DNA from: Octopus vulgaris
Lineage: Eukaryota
Direction: 5' to 3'
NCBI GenBank assembly: GCA_951406725.2
Contig: OX597815.1
Span: 179,242,001-179,306,000 of the forward strand
DNA length: 64,000 bases
Under the pieces are notes generated by a model. That model was not told the origin of the DNA, searched no databases, and worked only from the letters and a program-made list of their open reading frames with translations. Every line of letters begins with the position of its first letter. Position 1 is the first letter of the stretch. The position numbers were made by a program, and so were the translations under genes. Shown piece after piece: positions 55,111 through 64,000 of this stretch.

Positions 55111-55204
55111 AATATTATTATTATTATTATTATTCAGGTCACCGCCTGAAATCGAACTCGGAATCTTGGGGTTAGTAGTCCGCGCTCTTAACCACTACGC
55201 CACA
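54869..55204 (-). mobile_element. tRNA-headed SINE carrying a hammerhead motif, 18-bp TSD
   Basis: Head GTGGCGTAGTGGTTAAGAGCG...GAGTTCGATTTC, (TAA)n, body, AATGTAAAT-type tail. TSD TAGACATG(G/A)ATTAACCAA at 54851-54868 and 55205-55222. Confidence 0.85.
54933..54978 (-). ncRNA. Hammerhead ribozyme motif in SINE body (G8A in this copy)
   Basis: GACAC-CTGATAA-A-GGCTG(GAGGGTATAT)CAGCG-GAAACGTT-GTGTT. Confidence 0.65.
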
Positions 55205-56209
55205 TAGACATGAATTAACCAAATTCTGGAATTTGAAAATGTGTGGAGAAATTGAGAGAGCTTGTTCTCATCTATTTCGTTGCTCGTTGTGCGAGAAACA
55301 GCAACTAAGTCACACTCCGACATTTTCTATAGGGTAAGCACACATGAAGCAATGTAACCTGACCCTTAAGATAGAGGGAACGGTGACAATCCGAACAACT
55401 TTTACCCAAAGTCTGCACGGAAAGTGTGAATTAAAGGTCGTACAACAATTAAACACCAATGCAATCCATGCATATTTTGTTGATGAACTATAAATGTCCC
55501 CTGGGTAATATATTCACAGCGATGAGGAACAGGTGAATGAAATAACATTTTCTGCTGATATTCAGTAAGAATTAAGTCAAAAGTCATTTTTTCTTTAACG
55601 TAATAAAATGGGAAAACTGCTTTCTAAATCAAAGTCGTTTTTCATCAAATACTGTCTTCACTGTTTAAACTTCGCGTGCTACAGATATCTTGCTACAGAC
55701 ATATTAATATAAAGCTGTTATAAGCTTAGAGAATAATAACAATCCATTATGCAAGACTTAATAAATATGACAGTCGAAAGTTACCGCTTGCGTGACATCA
55801 CCGTAAAAACGCTATCAGTGTTGTTAACATTTCGGATACTTTACTGGACTATTGAGAAAATCAGTTCCCATAATAATTAAGGTAGAAGGTCTTAATCTCA
55901 CTGAAGACTTTCTCTCATACGCTTATACATAGCGTTAGTGATTTATTCTATGTCACAAAAATACTTGGAGAAAAGACTAAGAAGCTGTCCCGACAAGAGG
56001 TTCCCAACCTTTACTCTATCGAAGACGACTTTAATTTAAATGAATTTTCTTGCCGACCTAAATCTTTTGAAAAATATGTCTACTAAAGAAGACAGTTCCA
56101 ATAACTTAAAACAAATGGATTGTCTTACTTTTATATCCATCAACTGAAAATATATGTAACTGAATAAACAACCTCAAGTAATTTACCCTTAACAAAGATT
56201 TTAGGGGGT

Positions 56210-56910
56210 TTACAAACAGTACCAAATGCAGGTTGATACATTACAACTGTTTTTTTTTAAGTTGATAGTCAAGCCAAAATTATCACAAGCTGAGTCAAAT
56301 GCAGATACAAGAGATTGCAGACCTGTTTCAGAATGACTGACAAGATCGCAATCGTCAGCGTATAAAAGTTCACTAATGAGTGAAGTAAAAACCTTCGTTT
56401 TGAATTCCAGTCTGGTCAGATTAAAACCATTCCCTGTTGTTCGATATTTTATGTAAATACCATCCCCAGGGAGAACAGTAAATAGACATTTGTTTCTAAC
56501 TGACATCGCTTCTATTCATAAGCGCTGGGTAGAACATTTTTCTGCACTTTTGAATAAATCATCATCTGCTGACACCTTCCAGTTATAGAAGAGATGGCAT
56601 TTGAACCAACTCTAAATGACATTTATTTAGCTGTGAATAAGCTGAATAACAATAAGTCTACAGAGTCTGATGGAATCTGTGCAGAAGTCTTGAAATATGG
56701 GGGTGACAAAATGTTTGAACTCTTAAATATATTAATTTGTCATCGTTGGAGAATTGAGAAAGTACCTCAAGACTGAATTGATGACATTTTAGTCTCCTTG
56801 TATAAATCGGGGCCAAAGGGTCTGTGTGGTAATTTTCGTGGGATTTCGCTTTTGTCTGTGGTCGGAAAGGTAGTTGCCCACATTCTGTTAGAATGTTTAA
56901 ATACCTTCAT
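56210..56910. pseudogene. Two RTE-clade RT fragments in opposite orientation
   Basis: Minus: ISELLYADDC...FGLTINLKK. Plus: RWVEHFSALLN, NNKS..SDGICAEVLKYGG, CGNFRGISLLSVVGKV. Confidence 0.8.
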
Positions 56911-56961
56911 ATAGGTATATATATATATATATATGTTTCTCTCCTTGTTTTTTCTGTGTCC

Positions 56962-56997
56962 CTTTCTGGAGAAGAGCGTAGGCTCGAAACGTAAAAG
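56962..56997 (+). ncRNA. Hammerhead motif, family B (unit ~56935-57090)
   Basis: CTTT-CTGGAGA-A-GAGC(GTAG)GCTC-GAAACGTA-AAAG. Stem I covaries with family A; A6G in the core. Confidence 0.6.
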
Positions 56998-57183
56998 ACT
57001 TTTTCTATTCCTGAGCGTTATACTAATACATCTGTTTGTTTTGTACACCACCTGTCTTCGTCTTTTGTTTTTTTCGTAAACTCTCCCTATATAAATATAT
57101 ATAATTTCAATATGTGACCTCGTGAGTACCGCTGGCGATTTTTTTCCTCTGTCTTCCCTTCTCGGGATCTTTCCTTCTCCTAT

Positions 57184-57218
57184 GTTTCCGACGAAGAGCT
57201 CCGCTCGAAACGGTAAAC
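57184..57218 (+). ncRNA. Hammerhead motif, family A (U16.1G, probably inactive; unit ~57115-57320)
   Basis: GTTT-CCGACGA-AGAGCTCCGCTC-GAAACGGT-AAAC. Confidence 0.55.
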
Positions 57219-57403
57219 CCTCCTTCTTCCCTTCTTTCCTGAGCGTCCAATAATACTTTATTTGTTCCACGTCCTCGCGTTGCTGTGTTTTTCGTGTGTT
57301 TTCTTGTTTGGATTAACTTTATATATATATATATATATATATATTATTAGTGAATTGAAGAAATGGAGTTGAACGAAGATTGAACAGAAATCGTTTTATT
57401 GCA

Positions 57404-57483
57404 TTCTACACGTGTTTCGAAAGGCACAATTTACCAAATTCCGATTGAATAAGGAGACCATATTGTGTCTTTCTCTTCAGGAA
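57404..57483 (-). ncRNA. Canonical hammerhead ribozyme (left arm)
   Basis: Reverse complement of 58329-58408. Confidence 0.85.
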
Positions 57484-58328
57484 GAAATAGGAAATCCGTT
57501 GGAAAAAACAAAAACAGAACAGAGGCGGAGCAAAACAAATCGAACGAGGCTCCTAAGAGCCCATGGCCAAACTGTTTATCAATGTATGTTGAAAACAGGG
57601 TGGTGGGTGCGTTGAAGATTTTAACGGGTCAGGCAGCGGTCATCCGGTGGGTGAGAGCACGGGGTGCTTAGATGTTCTTTGTGACCGAGACTAAAGTTCT
57701 CACTATTTAAAGAATATTAGGTGTATTATATGGGGCGAGACAAAATCTACTTAGAAACATGTGTGTGTGTACTGTTCTATATATGCGCGGCCGCAAGTTG
57801 GTAAGAAGCGCTACACTCTGGTCGCTGCTGAGAAATCCGTCAGGGGGTAGAAAATATTTTATGTGTTCGTATGTGTGTTTGATCACGCGGCCGTCAGTTG
57901 GTAAACAGCCCTACACAATGGTCACTGCTGTAAAATCAGTCGGGTGGCAGAAAAATAATTTTTTACGTGTGCGTGTGTTCGTCTAATCATGCCTTGTCAA
58001 AGAAACCCCCCGTCGTCAAAACAAACCACCATTCGTCTCCCAGGAGTAATTCCCCTTGCAGGAGTAATTCCCCTCGCCCCATATAATACACCTAATATTC
58101 TTTAAATAGTCAGAACTTTAGTCTCGGTCACAAAGAACATCTAAGCACCCCGTGCTCTCACCCACCGGAATGACCGCTGCCTGACCCGTTAAAATCTTCA
58201 ACGCACCCACCACCCGTTTTCAACATACATTGATAAACAGTTTGGCCATGGGCTCTTAGGAGCCTCGTTCGATTTGTTTTGCTCCGCCTCTGTTCTGTTT
58301 TTGTTTTTTCCAACGGATTTCCTATTTC

Positions 58329-58408
58329 TTCCTGAAGAGAAAGACACAATATGGTCTCCTTATTCAATCGGAATTTGGTAAATTGTGCCTTTCGAAACAC
58401 GTGTAGAA
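58329..58408 (+). ncRNA. Canonical type I hammerhead ribozyme with 12-bp stem II
   Basis: TTC-CTGAAGA-GAAAGACACAAT...ATTGTGCCTTTC-GAAAC-ACGT-GTA-GAA. Predicted cleavage after 58405; AATAAA at 58412. Confidence 0.85.
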
Positions 58409-58618
58409 TGCAATAAAACGATTTCTGTTCAATCTTCGTTCAACTCCATTTCTTCAATTCACTAATAATATTAAAATTCAATTATCCACACCAACGCACG
58501 GTTGCAACACCATAGGGTTGTACCCCCAACCTTGCTGTCTTCTGCTGTGATTTTTGCTACCAAGGTATCGGTTAAACTTTTGATTAATCTGCAACAAGAT
58601 TATTCATCTTTCTATTTC

Positions 58619-58667
<49 letters not shown>

Positions 58668-58674
58668 AGATATT

Positions 58675-59032
58675 TTTTATTCTTTAACTTGTTTCAATCA
58701 TTTGATTGCGGCCATACTGGAACACCGCCTTTAGTCGAACAAATCGACCCCAGGACTTATTCTTTGGAAGCCTAGTACTTATTATATCGGTATCTTCTGC
58801 TGAACAGTAAGTTACAGGGACGTAAACACACCAACATCATAGGTTATCAAGCGATGGTGGGATGAACAAACACACACCCACGAATACACACACGCACACA
58901 CACACACACAACATATACACGACGGTCTTTCAGTTTCCATCTACCAAATCCATCCAGATCTTTGGTCGGCCCGAGTCTATAGTAGAGACACTTGCCCAAG
59001 GTGCCATGCAGTGGGACTGAACTCGAGACCAT
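58675..59032 (-). mobile_element. SINE family S1 (diverged)
   Basis: Reverse complement of S1. Confidence 0.8.
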
Positions 59033-59081
59033 GCATGTATATATGTATATTCATGTATGCATGTGATATATATATATTTAT

Positions 59082-59398
59082 AGCATGGCTTAGTGGTTAG
59101 GATATTCAGCTCACGATCGTAAGGTCGTGGGTTCAATTCCCGTCGACGCGTTTTGTCCTTCAGCAAGACAATTCATTTCACGTTGCACCAGTCCACTCAG
59201 CCAGTAACAATGAGTTGTACCTCTATTTCAAAGGGGCCAGCCTTGTCACACTGTGTGTCACGCTGAACCTCCCTGAGAACTACATTAAGGGTACACGTGT
59301 CTGTGGAGTGCTCAGTCACTTTTACGTTAATTTCACGAGCAGGCTGTTCCGTTGATCGTATCAGCTGGGACCCCCGCCGTCGTAACCGACGGAGGGCT

Positions 59399-59400
<2 letters not shown>
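59082..59400 (+). mobile_element. tRNA-derived SINE with S2-type tail
   Basis: GCATGGCTTAGTGGTTAGG...GGTTCAATTCCC head; tail shared with S2. Confidence 0.8.
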
Positions 59401-59448
<48 letters not shown>

Positions 59449-59931
59449 CTATGTTGTCGGCATCCTTTCGTCTCGGGAGACAATGGCATTGCGCATAAAG
59501 TCAGTTTTGTGCAAGCCTGGGCTAGATGTACGTTAATCCTGGGTAGCCCAATCGTTAGAATTCCTCTCTCGACCTTGCTGACGTAGTCCGAAGGAGTGCA
59601 GAGCATTATGTTTGGCACCAGCTTGGTTGCAGGAGCTGCAGGAAGAGTGTCGAGTTGAACACTAAACAACCTACGGGGCTCCATTCCGGATTTCTTTGAA
59701 GGTTGTCTCCTTTTCGTAACCCTGGATAGGGGCCCGTACCGGGTACTATCAGCCGGAGCCAGTTGAACACGGGACTCGTGTCAGGCGGGGTCGTCACTCC
59801 CTGAAGTAGTGAAGAAAATCACAACCCACTACAGACCTATATATATATATATATATATATACATACATACATAAATATATACATATAAATATATGTACAA
59901 GTATGTGTGTGTGTGTGTGTGTGTGTGTATG

Positions 59932-59996
<65 letters not shown>

Positions 59997-60074
59997 GTTG
60001 AGTTGTGGGGTATCGCACGAGTGGGATTATATAAGAAAAAAGGTTTGAAAATGCAATTTAAACGATGTTTATTT

Positions 60075-60115
60075 ACTTAACCGGTTTCACTCTTTGGTAA
60101 AAGATTGTCAAAAGT
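60075..60115 (-). ncRNA. Hammerhead-like motif (U3-A8 variant) in the PLE2 terminus
   Basis: ACTT-TTGACAA-TCTTT(TACC)AAAGA-GT-GAAAC-CG-GTT-AAGT. Confidence 0.55.
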
Positions 60116-60128
60116 TACATTTAAGGAA

Positions 60129-60358
60129 ACATTGAATAATATGGGTTCAAAAAAGTTTTTTACATAATTGTCACATTGAATATTATGCATTCAAAAAAGT
60201 TTTTTACATAATTGTCACATTGGATATTATGGGTTCAAAAAAAGTTTTTTACATAATTGTCACATTGAATATTATGCATTCAAAAAAGTTTTTTACATAA
60301 TTGTCACATTGGATATTATGAATTCAAAAATGTTTTTTTATACATAATTGTCACATTA
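60129..60358. repeat. ~44-46 bp tandem repeat x5
   Basis: CACATTG(A/G)ATATTATG..TTCAAAAAAGTTTTTTACATAATTGT. Confidence 0.9.
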
Positions 60359-60717
60359 TTTGGGAAAATTTGGCAGAAAAGGATAAAACAAATATATTAT
60401 TGGGAATTGGTTGCGTTAATTATTGGTTGTCGCAAATTGTCACATTACATGTATATATATACAATCTTTGGTATATATATACAGCGTTTTGACAGCAAAA
60501 ATTAAAATGGATTTTTTGTACATCTCAGAATATTTTAAGTATGTTTTTACTGACCTGTCAGTATTAGCAGAAAGGCTGAACTGAGAGAACAGAAGAAGTA
60601 GCCAATGTGGTGTATACTTCCCCTTTATGCATGAATGATTTTGGGGTTATCAGGAGGTTAGTATGCGGGTGTGAATAGATGTGTCCGTGCCTGCTGGTCA
60701 GACAGCGTCTGTTTGTC

Positions 60718-60924
60718 ACACACATATATATACACACAAACACACACACACACAACAACACACACACACACACACACACATAGTATACAAACACACACCA
60801 CATACAAACAACACACACACACACAGAACACACACACCCACACACAACGCACCCACATATATCACATATACACACAGCACACAAATATAACATGTATCTA
60901 TATATAACATACACAGATATATAA

Positions 60925-60977
<53 letters not shown>

Positions 60978-61784
60978 CACACGCACACATACATACATAA
61001 TATAAATATCACACAAATACACCTAGCATATATATACACACATACAATACACACATACAGCATGTAAGTAATATACATACACAATATATGCATGCAATAT
61101 ACATACGCAATACATACATATAATATATATATATATAGACAATGCATATACATATATACACATATACATATAAATAGTGTTTACATACACATACATAGAT
61201 GTACCACATATACACACAACACACATACATACAATGCATACACATACACGTACGCATACATATAATATATATATACACACACACACACATAACATACATA
61301 CACACACAATGCATACATATATATACACGCAATGCATATACATGTATTCATGCACATATAGCACACCTACAATATACATATATACAGTGCACACATACAC
61401 ACAAATATATACACTTAATTGTACACGTACACATACACAATACACATACATACAATATACATATACACAATGCGCATGCAAATAATGTACATGTTTATAC
61501 ACACATAAACATGCAAATAAATATACACACACACACATACACACACACACATATATATACACATATATATATATATATATACACACATACATACATACAT
61601 ACATGCACATACATATATTTTTTCACACACATACACACACATATATATATATAAAAATTCACCACCCCCCACACACACAAATTACAAACCTATAGCGTAC
61701 ACACTCAAATATATCTCTACATGCCGCACATACACACAAACAAAGTACTAACATATACACACATACCATGCATATACACACACA

Positions 61785-61832
<48 letters not shown>

Positions 61833-61868
61833 AGATACATATGTAAATACATACACACGTACACAATG

Positions 61869-61903
<35 letters not shown>

Positions 61904-62002
61904 GCACACAGTGCACACACACACACACATATATACACACGTGCACACACACACACACATACAACGCGCGCACACACACATATACACACACACGCACACA
62001 GT

Positions 62003-62036
<34 letters not shown>

Positions 62037-62070
62037 CACTCACACACATACATCACCTACATATATATAA
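60718..62070. repeat. Degenerate (CA)/(TA) low-complexity tract
   Basis: Direct reading. Confidence 0.9.
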
Positions 62071-62208
62071 TGCATGCGTGTGCATGCCACGTATGTGCGC
62101 TAGTGTGTCCTATGCGTGCCGATGCGCGCATGTGCCCGCCCGCACGATATGCTGTGAGCGTGCGCGCGTCCCTGTGTGCTTGCTCTGGATGTGCTTCCAG
62201 GGGGTATG

Positions 62209-64000
62209 TTAGAGTATGTTTAGTTGTGGTCTGTATTTTTGAATAAGATTACTTTCCTTATTTATTCGTGTTTGGTCTGTGGTGTTGTCCGAGCATTGGT
62301 ATAGTGGGAAGACTAAGAATTTGGGGGACTTATTGTGTGCACAAAGGTCTAAGTGTCCACTTAGTGGTATCTGTCTTGTGGAGGGGTCCCTCAGTTGTTG
62401 TCGGTAAACTGTCATTCTGTCTCTGAGGGTAAGGCTCGTTTGCCCTATGTAGTCTTAGTGGCATCCTTCACACCTTATGACGTAGAGTAAATTTTTTGAT
62501 GCGCACGTGAAGTTATTTTTTATGATGAATGTGTGTCCCGAGTGGAACTTGTACGACGATCCCTCAATGAGGTGGATGCAGGTCTTACAGTTGGGGCGAC
62601 CACATTTTTTGATGGTGAGCGGTGGGTTTGTGTTGTGTAATTTTGCGTTGGTGAGGAGGTTTTTTAGGGATTTAGGTTGTCTCTTACTTTTTATTATTTT
62701 ATGAGCTGCCAGTATTTTTTTCAGGCGTGGGTCTTGATTTAGTTGTGGAATGTTGTTGTATATAATAGTGTAAGCTTCTGCATTCCTTGGGTTGTGTGTT
62801 GAGAGATAAGGGAGGCTATTGACTGTACTGTGGATGTGTTTGGGTTTTCGAAGGTCTTGAATGTTGATTGATTTGGCCCGTTCTATTCCGTTGTCTACTA
62901 GTGATGCCGGGTAATGTCTTTCGAGAAGAATTGCCCTTAGTTCCCGGAGTCTTCTATTTCGTGTTGTGTCATTTGAGACAATAGTGCAGATTCTTCTCGC
63001 TAGGTTGAAGGGGATATTTGTCTTTGTGTGTTTTGGGTGATTGGAGGTGAATAGAAGGTATTGTTTAGAGTCAGTGGGTTTGTAATGGATGTCAGTTTCA
63101 ATGTTGACGCCTTTTTTAATGATTAGGATGTCAAGAAAAGGGAGTTGGTCCTGACTATATTCCATTGTGAATTGAATGTTGTTATTTACACTGTTGATAA
63201 GGTTTTTGAAGTCTATAAGTTGGTCGAGTGTGTGGGACCATAGGATGAGGCAATCATCTAAGTAGCGTTTCCAGTTCTCCAACAGGTATTTGTGGAAAGA
63301 CTGGCCGTACTTATATTTGGATTTTTCATAGATATGTGATTCCAGGTAGGCCATCACCAGGTTTGCATAGGTAGGTGCAACTTTCGTACCCATTGCAGTC
63401 CCTGAGACCTGTCTGTAAGTGTTGTTGTGGAAATACATGAAGTTGTTTTGCAGAATAAATTTGAGGCCCTCAATTATGAATTCTTTTTTAATTCTTTCCG
63501 GGATCTCATTGGGATATTTATCCAGCCAGAATTTAATGGCTTCCAGTCCAAATTCATGTGGGATTGTGGTGTAAAGATTAATAACATCAAAAGAAACGAT
63601 TAAGGTGTCTTTATCGGCATGTTTGGGGAGATGGTTTAATAGGTCCAGGTCATCTCTTACAATACTTGGAATGTGTTTCAGTATTGGCTTTAAGATGATA
63701 TCTATAAAGTTGCTAAGTCTGTGTGTTTCACAACTTGGGCCTGCCACTATTGGTCTCAGTTTGAGATCAGTGGGATGTGGTATAGTGATGCAGGTTGAAG
63801 TGGACTTTTTGCAAGCTTCTGTGATAATTTGACTCTTGTGTATTTTTGGAAGCCCATAGAGTGTGCTGGTTTTGCAATTAAATTTAGTAATGTAGTCGCA
63901 TTCCTTTGCTGTCAAGTAATTCCGGTGTTGGTAAATGAGTGCCTTCAGATTGGTCATTGTTTTGGATTGCTGGTAGTCGACTACTCTTTCGTAGTATGTG
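62209..64000 (-). pseudogene. PLE2 RT + GIY-YIG with one premature TAA (62455-62457) inside the GIY-YIG motif
   Basis: ORF 62455-63957 (GLPKIHK, RYLDD, CGRPNCKTC, LLYVIRC) continues in frame as *DYIGQT... into ORF 62209-62415. Clearly homologous to the PLE1 protein. Confidence 0.92.

Larger units (their letters stand above)
57341..58622 (+). mobile_element. Foldback element: ~400 bp near-perfect inverted repeat (57341-57739 / 58073-58471) plus 150 bp tail, in (TA)n
   Basis: Arms are reverse complements (the ORF track gives the same peptide on both strands). Each arm has an HHR. The spacer has a ~100 bp direct duplication. Confidence 0.9.
59993..64000 (-). mobile_element. Second Penelope-like element (PLE2), 5' part outside the window
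   Basis: RT/EN ORF on minus, long low-complexity 3' region and an HHR-bearing terminus on the same strand abutting (TA)n. Linkage of the terminus to the ORF is inferred. Confidence 0.75.

Noticed and set aside
55135-55204. tRNA genes at SINE heads (also 10000-10065, 27184, 59082)
   Set aside because: No complete cloverleaf or acceptor stem; they continue into SINE bodies with TSDs.
62455-62457. Selenocysteine readthrough as in Naiad PLEs
   Set aside because: The stop is TAA, not TGA, and is not at a Cys position.

Overview
AT-rich, microsatellite- and transposon-dense eukaryotic (animal) DNA with no recognisable host protein-coding gene. The SINE content looks like an octopus/cephalopod genome (inference). 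The main signal is a family of Penelope-like retroelements (PLEs) and hammerhead ribozymes (HHRs) embedded in (TA)n tracts. (1) A near-complete PLE (29260-34090, minus) has direct and inverted pseudo-LTRs, each carrying an HHR with a compensatory U3-A8 core. It has an RT+GIY-YIG ORF and an unusual upstream ~410-aa coiled-coil/basic ORF1. ORF1 overlaps the ATG-less RT N-terminus in the -1 frame exactly at a U-UUU-UUA slippery heptamer. (2) A second PLE runs off the window end and has its own HHR-bearing terminus. (3) A third PLE lineage survives only as a decayed GIY-YIG fragment. (4) About 14 minimal type-I HHR motifs from at least six sequence families show stem covariation. They occur in short retrozyme-like units, foldback elements and a tRNA-headed SINE with a target-site duplication. 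The rest is tRNA-derived SINEs, LINE fragments (CR1-group, RTE, R4/Dong, L1/Tx1-like), a foldback mariner, a Tc1 relic, a Merlin-like MITE, a non-autonomous Helitron and long simple repeats. Nearly all short ORFs in the track are repeat artefacts. Coordinates were read by eye and may be off by a few bases.
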